A DNA stretch of 64,000 bases from Eledone cirrhosa. Its lineage: Eukaryota. The position numbers and the translations under genes were made by a program. Location: contig OZ024741.1 in assembly GCA_964016885.1 (NCBI GenBank), positions 362,080,001 through 362,144,000 on the forward strand, written 5' to 3'. The first letter of the stretch is position 1. Every line of letters starts with the position of its first letter. The notes beneath the pieces are model-generated. The model saw nothing but the letters and a program-made list of their open reading frames with translations, ran no database searches and was not told the DNA's origin. Of this stretch, positions 39,810 through 54,399 are shown one piece after another.

Positions 39810-40465
39810 TCAGCTGCGTCCCGAAGACAAAAGGACAAAAGCGTTACTACGGAGAATGTCCAGAGATACACGATGCAACAACCGTCCCACGTTTCGGGGC
39901 TCCCTCCTCAAGCAAACTGCCGTCTTTCCGACTTTGTGAAGGGAATCAGCAGTGCGGAGACCAAGGACACCAGAGGTCTCGACAGAGACTGGTGCAAAGA
40001 GGTAGCAGTCGGTCAGGACCCGGTATTTGACTATCTTCCTATCCCCAGCATTGCGGGCAGCGGAACCCGGGTTTGTGGGCGAAGCGACGAGGCTGGAGAC
40101 AGAGAACGTGTCATTGCACGTCACGCCCCACTCGAAAGGAAAGAGGATTAATCCGTCGGGCCGCTTGCCACGGTCGAGGCCAGCGGTCTCCAATCGTGAA
40201 GAGAAACTGGCTGCGTCAAGGTTCCTTCTGATGATATCGTTCAAAGCGTGTCGGGGGAGCGGGTCTGCACTAAGGCGGCAAAATAACGGGTGCAGATCGA
40301 ATTCGTCAACCACTGCTCTACAACAGCATCTGTGTGGCTCGCACACGTGGATGTCGAGGTGCTGGGCCACGCCAATGTGGGTGCACTCCTCATCAAGGGC
40401 ACCGGTTGAGGAGGAAGGCACCGAAAGGAGCCAAGCGCCACCCAAAGATGAAAACGCTTTCATCT
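39810..40465 (-). mobile_element. CRE-clade LINE 3' fragment
   Basis: GAWLLSVPSSSTG...CEPHRCCC...RH..LND..RPDGLILFPF...PVSVETSGVLG. Confidence 0.85.
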
Positions 40466-40469
40466 GAAA

Positions 40470-41350
40470 TTTTTTTGTAACCGTAAAAAAGCTTCGGATT
40501 CAACAATTCAACAAATCTGAACTCTTCCATTATTTTAAATCTTTGCTCAACGTGAACAACTTCGTCCAAAAATGTTGCTAAACAAAGTTCTTAAAACAGC
40601 TTGGTTCTTCATGTCGACCAAACCTCTTTGGTGGGTCAGCGACACCATCTAGAACCGGACAGTAAAATTCCCCAAACTTGTTCTTCCTGATATCAACCAG
40701 TTGTTTCTTGAAGTTTTTACTTCCCGAATACACCTTTAAATATCAAGGGAACATTTTTGAAGAATCGGAAACAGAATTTTTGAGTCACTCAATATGGTTT
40801 CTAAAATCACTAATAAAAATTTAAACGGAAAATCTTCTAGGATTGCAACAAATCCATTTTCCTGTGCTAATTCTGAAGCATTCCAATCCTCTAGATTTTC
40901 TAATATGGTTGAAAATAGCTCAGAAAACAGTAAGATACTTGTCGAGATGAATAATTCTAACATGTCTCAGGTAACTTTCGAAGTCGCCTTCCAGCGATTT
41001 CATTCGAGCCGTCGACTTTGAGAAAAAGTTGAAATTCCTTTTAAAGTTTGGAAGAATACTTGAAATTGATTGAGAAAGTACCATATTAAGTGAATGCGCA
41101 TCACACTCGCTCCATCATAAGTTTGTATGATGAATGTTTAGCCACAGTTGAATTCATTAACACATTTTCGAACTTCTTCTGTCAGCGATGCAGCTCTTCT
41201 ATTTTACTGACATCGAGATGTCCTAAAAAACCTTTTTGGGGGGTTTGTCTTTGCATCAACAAATCACCATACGCAAATATATGCTCTGAGTCAGTCCCTC
41301 CTGTAGATTCTTGTCATTTCTCCAACGGTTTGATGACCTAATCTTCGGCA
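40470..41350 (-). mobile_element. Degenerate hAT (Tip100/ZMYM-type) transposase relic; probable 3' piece at 39190-39355
   Basis: GFVAILEDFPFKFLLVILETILSDSKILFPILQKCSLDI resembles this family. The 39190-39355 minus strand resembles the C-terminal dimerisation domain (FAKKKQRIELIY). Confidence 0.5.
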
Positions 41351-41699
41351 AACGCGAATGCTTTGGTCAATGTCAGACTCTCTCCAGAGACCCGTGACCA
41401 GATCCCAGAATTGGGGCCTCTGCTTGCCTAAATGATCCTCTCTGTATCTTCCTTGCTTTCTATCTTCTATTCATGTTCACTAATTTTTGGTGGTTAACAG
41501 CCTCTCCTTTCCACCATCGACTAGTTCCAATAGGGAAGTGGATGAAGCTCTATAACAGTGGGTGGAGCTAGGTTTGTCAGAGGAGGATTGACTGAAGCAG
41601 AAAGTCTGGGAAAATTTACGTTCGAAAGACACTTTCGACTCTCAATTTGATCAATCTGATCAATTTTGAAGGCGTCAACTACTTTCCACGAGTGCAAAA

Positions 41700-42290
41700 T
41701 TCTCGGGCGACTGGGTTGATGTCCAGTCCCTAGCTAACATTGGTGACCTACTCCGTCAAAATAAGCTCCGCATGGCTATCACACTCTAAGCTGATGTCTG
41801 TTGGGAACTGAAATGTCGCTGTGGTACGCCCATTGATTCCACAGGTCCTCGTGGTTTGTTTTGCTGCCTGGATTCAGTTCGCCTCGCTTGCCATACCGAG
41901 CTAAACTTAACTATTAAGCGAGCCCTTGCTCGAGTAAATATCCCTACAATTCTGGAGCCGGCTGTCTCATTTAAGATGTCTCATTTAAGACGCCAAAGCT
42001 ATCGACTCTTTTGTTCCTTCCCATATCCTGGATGCTGCAGTAAACTTGAGGGTCACTGCTTCTGTAGCCGAACGGAAGAAAATTCTAAAATACCGAGAAT
42101 TATCAGCAAACTATTTTTCCAGCAAGTAGCGTTCGAGACGTTTGAGGGAGCTGGACTGTTGACAACGAAGTTCTTGTCATCTTTGGCGGCTCGCCTTACT
42201 GAGGTGTCAGATGATGCTCGTGGTGGTGCTTGGTTATGTCAGCATCTTAGTTCGCTATCACCCGTGGTAATGCTGCGAGTGTGTTAGTTC
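41700..42290 (+). mobile_element. Degenerate CRE-clade LINE fragment
   Basis: HTELNLTIKRALARVNIPTILEP...QVAFETFEGAG...GAWLCQ. Confidence 0.7.
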
Positions 42291-42599
42291 CCCCACCAAA
42301 GACTCCAGTGCCCCATTGGGACTGCCAGCATGAATTACAGAGAACTATATTTCATTGTGAGGTGACTCTTTCAGGACAAGTTCTGTTTCGTGATGAAATC
42401 GTCGAAGACGGCCTAGTTACGAAGGAAACAAAACTAGTCATGCAAAAGTCACTTTTCAATGAAATAATGTGTGTGGGGTGGGGGGTGTTGATATATGATT
42501 TAATGGACGTACGTGGCTTAGTGATTGGGATATTGAATACACGATCATAAGGTTGAGTCGTTGATTCCTTGAATGCGGCGCGTTTTGTCTTTAAGTAAC

Positions 42600-42970
42600 A
42601 TACCCAGCATTGCGGGCAGCGGAACCCGGGTTTGTGGGCGAAGCGACAAGGCTGGAAGCAGAGAAAGAGTCACTGCACGTCGTGTCCCACTCGAAAGGAA
42701 AGAGGATTAATTCGTCGGGCCGTTTTCCACGGTCGAGGCCAGCGAGTTCCAATCGTAAAGAGAAACCGGCTGCGTCAAGGTTCCTTCTGATGATATCGTT
42801 CAGAGCAGCATGTCGGGGGAGGCGGTCTGCACTAAGGCGGAAAGATAACGAGTGCAGATCGAATTCATCAACCACTGCTCTACAACAGCATCTGTGTGGT
42901 TCGCACACGTGGATGTCGAGGTGCTGGGCTACGCTAATGTGGGTGCACTCCTCATCAAGAAGGGCACCGC
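42600..42970 (-). mobile_element. CRE-clade fragment, close copy of ~40040-40400
   Basis: High nucleotide similarity to the 39810-40465 copy. Confidence 0.8.
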
Positions 42971-43267
42971 TTGCTCCTTCTGCCTGCTTTCATCAGCAAT
43001 GGAAAGACCAGCGGCGACATTGTTTCCTTGGTCTGATCTGACGATTGGCTCCTTTCGATAATGCAGTTGAACAGTAATATTTATTGTCAAATAAAACTGA
43101 AAACAAAACAAAAGCAAAAACAAAAATTAATTAGTTTCCAGGGGAGTTAACTCTTGCTGAAACGTCCCAACCACTCCAATGTATACGTTAGTCTATGACG
43201 TCATTAAAGTGTTTATTACAACAGGAGTGACAGACAAGTAATAGACTGACACAAATGGTGCCTCTCC

Positions 43268-43354
<87 letters not shown>

Positions 43355-44506
43355 TGGTGGTGGTGGTTGTAGTGAAAGTGGTAGTTGTAGTTAGTCATGT
43401 TGGTGATAGAAGTAGTAGTCAGTGGTGGTAGTGATAGTGGTGGTGGCGGCGGTGGTAGTAGTAGTAGTAGTAGTTAGTGGTTGTGATGAAAGTGGTAGTT
43501 GTAGTTAGTCATGCTGGCGATAGAAGTAGTAGTTAGTGGTGGTGGTGGTGGTGGTAGTAGTAGTAATAGTAGTAGTAGCAGTTGGTAAGCCGACAATCCC
43601 GTTTATTTGACGTAACCGAATATTTGCATCTGTTAAAGTAGATGCCTCACCTCCCATTCATTCCCCATCGATGAAAATAACCTTGGACTGGAGGAGCTGA
43701 TGTCATCAGACTGTCTCCAATATTCATAGGGTGTTTCTACCCTGAACTGTAACAGCCTCCCCTTTAGTGGGTCAGTAGTGGTGGCCCAACCACTGCCCAT
43801 CATCTCCTCCTAGGTCCCAGCTTATCTCCCCTTGCCTGCTCTATCGATTACCAACATGAGGCGCTTTCTGATATCCGTTCCTCCTCTATCCTCAGAGTTT
43901 CTGTTATTCCAATGGCTGTGAGCATTCTCTGAACCAACTGAACAGAGTATCCACTACAGCCCAGCTTGACTGAAAATAGCCATGCCTGCCATCCTTTCTT
44001 CCTGCTCACTCTGATCGATCGACAAGATCCTAGACCTTATTTGTTAGCTGAGTGGGGTGGACCTCATCAAATCGGACCAAGGAAACAATGTTTCCATTGG
44101 TCTTTCCATTGCTGATACTATCTACCAGTCGCAACTCCAGGCAGACAGAGCAATGTGAAATAAAGTGTCTAAATGCAAGGACACAACGCATCACCGGGTC
44201 TGAGAATTGAACTCGCAACTTCACAATTGCGAATCCAACTCTCTAACCACTAACTTCACCCCTGCCTAATGTCTCTCTTCACCCCTGCCTAATTTCATTT
44301 TGGTATTTGGTACTCTTCTGTTCAAAATTTTGGCAGGCATCACTCTTCTTTCCACCAGGAAAATATATATTTCATGTAAAAAAAAAAAAAAAAATTATAT
44401 ATCATCATCATCATCACCTTTTAACATCCATTTTTCCATGCTAGAATGGGTTAGATGAGTTGTCCTATTGTGACAATCCAGATCAGATGTTCGTGAACTG
44501 AGAGTC

Positions 44507-44613
<107 letters not shown>

Positions 44614-44738
44614 AATATAGACATAGAATATTCGAAAATATTCTGTATGTTTATAATAAACATTTTGAAGACCTAATCGCTATAGAATAGAATACGTCAC
44701 GTATTACAATTAGATTCTCGATAAAAGCAAGGGAAGTA

Positions 44739-44777
44739 AGTCTACGCGTTTCATTCTTGTTAGAATTCATCAGGACT
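44739..44777 (-). ncRNA. Minimal type I HHR, first of 9 minus-strand copies (every 311 bp)
   Basis: Reverse complement of AGTC-CTGATGA-ATTCT-aaca-AGAAT-GAAA-CGCG-TA-GACT. Confidence 0.9.
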
Positions 44778-47620
44778 ACATATCCAGTGCTTTTATCGAG
44801 AATAACACAGCTAGAGACTTATAGAATACTTAGCTGTGTACAGGAACTGGTTTGAAAGAGCGGTTGCCGGTCCGGCAGAAATTAGAAATTGGAATAAATG
44901 CTCTGAAATAGCGATATATATGTGAATATAGACATAGAATATTCGAAAATATTCTGTATGTTTATAATAAACATTTTGAAGACCTAATCGCTATAGAATA
45001 GAATACGTCACGTATTACAATTAGATTCTCGATAAAAGCAAGGGAAGTAAGTCTACGCGTTTCATTCTTGTTAGAATTCATCAGGACTACATATCCAGTG
45101 CTTTTATCGAGAATAACACAGCTAGAGACTTATAGAATACTTAGCTGTGTACAGGAACTGGTTTGAAAGAGCGGTTGCCGGTCCGGCAGAAATTAGAAAT
45201 TGGAATAAATGCTCTGAAATAGCGATATATATGTGAATATAGACATAGAATATTCGAAAATATTCTGTATGTTTATAATAAACATTTTGAAGACCTAATC
45301 GCTATAGAATAGAATACGTCACGTATTACAATTAGATTCTCGATAAAAGCAAGGGAAGTAAGTCTACGCGTTTCATTCTTGTTAGAATTCATCAGGACTA
45401 CATATCCAGTGCTTTTATCGAGAATAACACAGCTAGAGACTTATAGAATACTTAGCTGTGTACAGGAACTGGTTTGAAAGAGCGGTTGCCGGTCCGGCAG
45501 AAATTAGAAATTGGAATAAATGCTCTGAAATAGCGATATATATGTGAATATAGACATAGAATATTCGAAAATATTCTGTATGTTTATAATAAACATTTTG
45601 AAGACCTAATCGCTATAGAATAGAATACGTCACGTATTACAATTAGATTCTCGATAAAAGCAAGGGAAGTAAGTCTACGCGTTTCATTCTTGTTAGAATT
45701 CATCAGGACTACATATCCAGTGCTTTTATCGAGAATAACACAGCTAGAGACTTATAGAATACTTAGCTGTGTACAGGAACTGGTTTGAAAGAGCGGTTGC
45801 CGGTCCGGCAGAAATTAGAAATTGGAATAAATGCTCTGAAATAGCGATATATATGTGAATATAGACATAGAATATTCGAAAATATTCTGTATGTTTATAA
45901 TAAACATTTTGAAGACCTAATCGCTATAGAATAGAATACGTCACGTATTACAATTAGATTCTCGATAAAAGCAAGGGAAGTAAGTCTACGCGTTTCATTC
46001 TTGTTAGAATTCATCAGGACTACATATCCAGTGCTTTTATCGAGAATAACACAGCTAGAGACTTATAGAATACTTAGCTGTGTACAGGAACTGGTTTGAA
46101 AGAGCGGTTGCCGGTCCGGCAGAAATTAGAAATTGGAATAAATGCTCTGAAATAGCGATATATATGTGAATATAGACATAGAATATTCGAAAATATTCTG
46201 TATGTTTATAATAAACATTTTGAAGACCTAATCGCTATAGAATAGAATACGTCACGTATTACAATTAGATTCTCGATAAAAGCAAGGGAAGTAAGTCTAC
46301 GCGTTTCATTCTTGTTAGAATTCATCAGGACTACATATCCAGTGCTTTTATCGAGAATAACACAGCTAGAGACTTATAGAATACTTAGCTGTGTACAGGA
46401 ACTGGTTTGAAAGAGCGGTTGCCGGTCCGGCAGAAATTAGAAATTGGAATAAATGCTCTGAAATAGCGATATATATGTGAATATAGACATAGAATATTCG
46501 AAAATATTCTGTATGTTTATAATAAACATTTTGAAGACCTAATCGCTATAGAATAGAATACGTCACGTATTACAATTAGATTCTCGATAAAAGCAAGGGA
46601 AGTAAGTCTACGCGTTTCATTCTTGTTAGAATTCATCAGGACTACATATCCAGTGCTTTTATCGAGAATAACACAGCTAGAGACTTATAGAATACTTAGC
46701 TGTGTACAGGAACTGGTTTGAAAGAGCGGTTGCCGGTCCGGCAGAAATTAGAAATTGGAATAAATGCTCTGAAATAGCGATATATATGTGAATATAGACA
46801 TAGAATATTCGAAAATATTCTGTATGTTTATAATAAACATTTTGAAGACCTAATCGCTATAGAATAGAATACGTCACGTATTACAATTAGATTCTCGATA
46901 AAAGCAAGGGAAGTAAGTCTACGCGTTTCATTCTTGTTAGAATTCATCAGGACTACATATCCAGTGCTTTTATCGAGAATAACACAGCTAGAGACTTATA
47001 GAATACTTAGCTGTGTACAGGAACTGGTTTGAAAGAGCGGTTGCCGGTCCGGCAGAAATTAGAAATTGGAATAAATGCTCTGAAATAGCGATATATATGT
47101 GAATATAGACATAGAATATTCGAAAATATTCTGTATGTTTATAATAAACATTTTGAAGACCTAATCGCTATAGAATAGAATACGTCACGTATTACAATTA
47201 GATTCTCGATAAAAGCAAGGGAAGTAAGTCTACGCGTTTCATTCTTGTTAGAATTCATCAGGACTACATATCCAGTGCTTTTATCGAGAATAACACAGCT
47301 AGAGACTTATAGAATACTTAGCTGTGTACAGGAACTGGTTTGAAAGAGCGGTTGCCGGTCCGGCAGAAATTAGAAATTGGAATAAATGCTCTGAAATAGC
47401 GATATATATGTGAATATAGACATAGAATATTCGAAAATATTCTGTATGTTTATAATAAACATTTTGAAGACCTAATCGCTATAGAATAGAATACGTCACG
47501 TATTACAATTAGATTCTCGATAAAAGCAAGGGAAGTAAGTCTACGCGTTTCATCCTGTACACAGCTAAGTATTCTATAAGTCTCTAGCTGTGTTATTCTC
47601 GATAAAAGCACTGGATATGT

Positions 47621-47659
47621 AGTCCTGATGAATTCTAACAAGAATGAAACGCGTAGACT
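47621..47659 (+). ncRNA. Minimal type I HHR, first of 6 plus-strand copies (47621, 47932, 48243, 48554, 48865, 49176)
   Basis: AGTC-CTGATGA-ATTCT-aaca-AGAAT-GAAA-CGCG-TA-GACT. Predicted cleavage after GUA at 47655; stem III is the palindrome ACGCGT. Confidence 0.9.
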
Positions 47660-49370
47660 TACTTCCCTTGCTTTTATCGAGAATCTAATTGTAATACGTG
47701 ACGTATTCTATTCTATAGCGATTAGGTCTTCAAAATGTTTATTATAAACATACAGAATATTTTCGAATATTCTATGTCTATATTCACATATATATCGCTA
47801 TTTCAGAGCATTTATTCCAATTTCTAATTTCTGCCGGACCGGCAACCGCTCTTTCAAACCAGTTCCTGTACACAGCTAAGTATTCTATAAGTCTCTAGCT
47901 GTGTTATTCTCGATAAAAGCACTGGATATGTAGTCCTGATGAATTCTAACAAGAATGAAACGCGTAGACTTACTTCCCTTGCTTTTATCGAGAATCTAAT
48001 TGTAATACGTGACGTATTCTATTCTATAGCGATTAGGTCTTCAAAATGTTTATTATAAACATACAGAATATTTTCGAATATTCTATGTCTATATTCACAT
48101 ATATATCGCTATTTCAGAGCATTTATTCCAATTTCTAATTTCTGCCGGACCGGCAACCGCTCTTTCAAACCAGTTCCTGTACACAGCTAAGTATTCTATA
48201 AGTCTCTAGCTGTGTTATTCTCGATAAAAGCACTGGATATGTAGTCCTGATGAATTCTAACAAGAATGAAACGCGTAGACTTACTTCCCTTGCTTTTATC
48301 GAGAATCTAATTGTAATACGTGACGTATTCTATTCTATAGCGATTAGGTCTTCAAAATGTTTATTATAAACATACAGAATATTTTCGAATATTCTATGTC
48401 TATATTCACATATATATCGCTATTTCAGAGCATTTATTCCAATTTCTAATTTCTGCCGGACCGGCAACCGCTCTTTCAAACCAGTTCCTGTACACAGCTA
48501 AGTATTCTATAAGTCTCTAGCTGTGTTATTCTCGATAAAAGCACTGGATATGTAGTCCTGATGAATTCTAACAAGAATGAAACGCGTAGACTTACTTCCC
48601 TTGCTTTTATCGAGAATCTAATTGTAATACGTGACGTATTCTATTCTATAGCGATTAGGTCTTCAAAATGTTTATTATAAACATACAGAATATTTTCGAA
48701 TATTCTATGTCTATATTCACATATATATCGCTATTTCAGAGCATTTATTCCAATTTCTAATTTCTGCCGGACCGGCAACCGCTCTTTCAAACCAGTTCCT
48801 GTACACAGCTAAGTATTCTATAAGTCTCTAGCTGTGTTATTCTCGATAAAAGCACTGGATATGTAGTCCTGATGAATTCTAACAAGAATGAAACGCGTAG
48901 ACTTACTTCCCTTGCTTTTATCGAGAATCTAATTGTAATACGTGACGTATTCTATTCTATAGCGATTAGGTCTTCAAAATGTTTATTATAAACATACAGA
49001 ATATTTTCGAATATTCTATGTCTATATTCACATATATATCGCTATTTCAGAGCATTTATTCCAATTTCTAATTTCTGCCGGACCGGCAACCGCTCTTTCA
49101 AACCAGTTCCTGTACACAGCTAAGTATTCTATAAGTCTCTAGCTGTGTTATTCTCGATAAAAGCACTGGATATGTAGTCCTGATGAATTCTAACAAGAAT
49201 GAAACGCGTAGACTTACTTCCCTTGCTTTTATCGAGAATCTAATTGTAATACGTGACGTATTCTATTCTATAGCGATTAGGTCTTCAAAATGTTTATTAT
49301 AAACATACAGAATATTTTCGAATATTCTATGTCTATATTCACATATATATCGCTATTTCAGAGCATTTAT

Positions 49371-49419
<49 letters not shown>

Positions 49420-49559
49420 GGTTTGAGGTTCACCACTGGATAGAGCTGGTCGATTCCGTGTGGTCAATCGCAATGTAATAATATAGAGAGTACTCAACGT
49501 AAAGCAGTTCAACCGTCTTTGTTTTTGTAGTTGGTGGTGCTATTACGGAGTTAAATATT

Positions 49560-49636
49560 ATAATGAAATGACAGGAGGCTGGATTTGTGTAAAACCTTTC
49601 AAGGATTTACACAAATCCAGCCTCCTGTCATTTCAT

Positions 49637-49639
<3 letters not shown>
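49560..49639. repeat. Perfect hairpin with 34-bp arms
   Basis: ataatgaaatgacaggaggctggatttgtgtaaa / tttacacaaatccagcctcctgtcatttcattat with a 12-nt spacer, next to (TA)n. Confidence 0.9.
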
Positions 49640-49693
<54 letters not shown>

Positions 49694-49882
49694 TATATTT
49701 TGAACGATCGACTTTCGTCAAATCGGACCGAGGGAACAATGTTTCTGTTGGTCTTTCCAATTGCTAATACTATCTATCGGTCGCAACTCCAGGTAGAAGT
49801 AGCAACGTGAAATAAAGTGTCTTGCTCAAGGACATAAGGCATTGCCTGGTCCAGGAATCGAACTCACAACCAGACGATTGCG

Positions 49883-50738
<856 letters not shown>

Positions 50739-51355
50739 ATAAATTATCGAGATTCGCATTTCGGCCCACGAAATAACGAAAAACAACCTCCGAGATGTGT
50801 GGCAAGTGCTCAATGATTCAGATGAACCAGAGCTATAACAAACGTTAAAGGCCAAACACACTGAGACGATGGTTAAACAATCATTCGCATAGTCAAAAAA
50901 AAAAACGATCAAGTAATTCGGGTATTGAAAATTTACCCGGACCCTTGGAAGGTTGGTAAAATCCAGTATTTGGGTTTCTGCGGCTCCTAAATCAAGTACC
51001 ATCCGCTTACATAAATAATGTCAGGCTTCTGGTAAGATGATTGAACAAGGAAGCCACTTTCTCAACAGGTTTTAGTTCAATGTTAATACAAGGACTGACT
51101 ATTGCTGACTCCACGTGGGGATCGGCAAGGGAGGCAGCCCCTATATTAGGCGAATAAATTCAGTTGTGTATATTTTTGCAAGAATGCAAAAATATCACAA
51201 ATCGAATAGAGTTCTCAACAGAAGGGTTAAAAAAATTAACATAAGCTATTCATCAGTCAATAGAATCAACTAAAAAATCAAGAAAATTAACTGGTCAATA
51301 GCTAGAGTCTGGAGATAAATACAAACATAAATTATCGAGATTCGCATTTCGGCCC

Positions 51356-51419
<64 letters not shown>

Positions 51420-51671
51420 ATGCTATTTCTATTAGGTCAGGAAACTATATAGATTTTTCCTTGGCTTCTATTAGACTTTTGTGACTAAACAGAAAAGTAC
51501 AGCTTTGTGAGTGAGAGGGAGAAAGGGGGGTGTTAAGAATTACTGAGTGGTTAAAATTAACATACTTATGTTAATGAGTGATAAGAAGTGGCAGTATTCC
51601 ATTAGGAAGAGTAGTGGGAGGAAGATGTCTGAGAGGGTTGACAGTGTTTCAAAAAGCTATTACTAAGATAT

Positions 51672-52170
51672 TTGGCAGTATTGGTAGAGTGTCGGATGCC
51701 ATGCTTTGGCGCATAGAGTTACGGCCCTTGCCATTCTGAGTTCAAATCCCGCCGAGGTTAACTTTGCTTTCCATCCTTACGGGGTCGATAAAATAAAGTA
51801 CCAGTAATACACTGGGTAATTGCTGGCCTTGTGCCTAACGTAGAAACAATTATTAGTAAAATGCTTTCAAATCCCGCCAAGGTTAACTCTGCCTTTCGTC
51901 CTTACAGGGACGATAAAATAAAGTACCAGTAATGCACTGGGTAATTTCTGGCCTTGTGCCAAATGTAGAAACAATTATTAGTAAAATGCTTAGCGACATA
52001 GAGTTATGGCCCTTTACGTTCTGAGTTCAAATCGCACCAAGGTTAGCTTTGCCCTTCATCCTTACAGGGTCGATAAAATAAAGTGCTAGTAATGCACTGG
52101 GATCGATTTAATCGATTTTCCCTTCCTGCAAAATTGCTGGCCTTGTGCCTATAGTAGAAACAATTATTAG
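51672..52170 (+). mobile_element. Three tandem Nin-like SINE copies (second and third 5'-truncated)
   Basis: SINE core three times; each ends GTAGAAACAATTATTAGTA. Confidence 0.8.
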
Positions 52171-52215
52171 TACTGGTCAAAATTTTAAGAATATTGTGAC
52201 TCCTTGCGGTAGATG

Positions 52216-52800
52216 TTTTTTTTTTTTGCTAGGTCTGGAGGAGGAAAGGGCTGCACCATGACCTTTGCTGGCCCCCTGAAACCAATGAGATTGATGTTGC
52301 TGATGTTCAGTTTAAATTGTTGTAAATTGATTCCTGCAGGAATATGTACAGGGACACACTTCCAGAGAGATGACACTCTGAATAGAGAGGACTGGTTAGT
52401 GATTAGTGTAAGGCCTGGGGGTTGACACAGTAAGGGAGCAGTTCCTAAGTGGAGGCGACATGAAGGCAACCAGATCTGAGGAACAGAGGTCATTAGAGTA
52501 GTAGTGCTAGAAAAGACAGAGAGAGGAGACAAAATGTTTGTAGGCCAGAGGCTGGTGTGTGTCTGTCAGTAACTTTATGCCAATCAGACATAGCCTTTTC
52601 TGGATGTGTTTTTGAGTGTTTGTGTGTCTGGCAATAACACCATCTCTGAGGTAGGAGCAGTATCCCATTATTGATCTTACTTAAGCTTTGTAGAAGCTTA
52701 GAAACTGTTGGGAATTAAAGTATTTTCTTGTGCTAAATCAAAGAGCTAGTTTGTTAGATACGATTCTAGTGATGTTTAGGGTGTGAGTTCATCATAAGAG
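52216..52800 (-). mobile_element. Degenerate CR1/Jockey-group LINE 3' end with poly(A)
   Basis: SSLFRVSSLWK...INLQQFKLNI, short UTR, poly(T) on the plus strand at 52216-52227. Confidence 0.55.
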
Positions 52801-54114
52801 ATCCTCAGTGATAGCGAGGCCTAGCATTTGGAAGGGCCCCAATTGTATGCTATTTAAGTTTAACCCCTTAGCATTTACATTACTCTATATTTACTATATT
52901 TTTACAGTAAAGGTTTTACCTCACATAATTATCTCACATAATATCGAATCTATGAGATTTTGATGTTATTTATTTTGAGAATAATACCTTACCATAAGTA
53001 TGAGTGACCAGTTAAGGCCGGTTTGAACAGAAAGAGGCGAGAGAATTCTGGCCAGATATGGCTGGTTTAAATGCTATTTAAATTTAAAGGTAATGAGGTG
53101 TGGTGATGTTTTCCCGTTATTAGTAGTGCATATTCTTTTTCTCTGTTGAATGAAACAAGATCAGCATGACTGTATTGGGGGGTGCACTCAACGTCTCTAC
53201 TCATGGAATCAATGCAGATATGGTATGAGGTGTCTAGGTTGCACGAGGATTACATTTAAGTGAGGAAGGTTAGAGAAGAATGAAGGATGGTGTACACTGT
53301 GTATAAGTGGGTGTTGTTGGATGTGATGGCAAGTAGGATGTGTAGGAGGAAAATGATGAGGATGACAACAATGATGAAGATGATAACGATGTTGATGAGA
53401 GTGTCATTGTATGATCAAAAGTACCCAAGATGAAGTTGTCCATTTTCCCATGTGTTTCTTCTTTATGAAAGGAAGACAGGATATGGCTTGAGGGAGACTA
53501 GGTTGCTATTTCTTCAGTTTAGAATAACACTATTGATGGTAAAGTACACTGTTTAGATATAATAAATAACACTATTGATGTCAGTTTTTGTATGCATGTG
53601 CACACAATTCGTTATTGTCATGTTTGTTGTAGCTGTTGATGATAGTGATACTTATTACTGTATATATTTGTATTACTGTTTGTTTCATGATTTATCGCAG
53701 ATACAATTGTTTGCCAGTTGTTTTCTAAGTTACCTTAAATTCTTATCTAATTACCTCTTTTGTAATTGGGTTATTTTTATAATGCTTTCTGGCATATGTA
53801 TTTTGGATGAATCTGTAATAATTTTATTGAACCTATCTACCACAGTGTTTATGTAAACGATTGTGGTATGGTTGAGTTTTGTGAAATTTAATTTTGCATC
53901 CTGCAGAACCGGTTCTGCTGGTCTTATTGATGTTTATAAAACACCTTCTACTTCATTTGTTGATGTGTAAGCATGTGTGAAGGATGATGAGTAGGTTGTT
54001 AGATGTTGATAGTTGAGGGATTGTTTGCCACGTGGCTGTTGTGACTAGGTGTGCTGTGATAAAGGTAGTATATATGGCCTTGAAGAATTATTATAGTTTT
54101 CTAGTTATTATGTG

Positions 54115-54205
<91 letters not shown>

Positions 54206-54399
54206 GCATATGGTGATGAAGGTGGTATGTGGCTGAGAATTATTGTAGTTATGTGGTTGAGGTGTGTGTGTTTGTACACGTGTGTATGTGTGTGAGAGAG
54301 AGTGTGTGTGCATATGGTGACAAAGGTGGTATGTGGCTTATTGTAGTCATCTTGTTGAGGTGTGTGTGAAGATATGTGTGTTTGTGTGTTTTGGATGTA

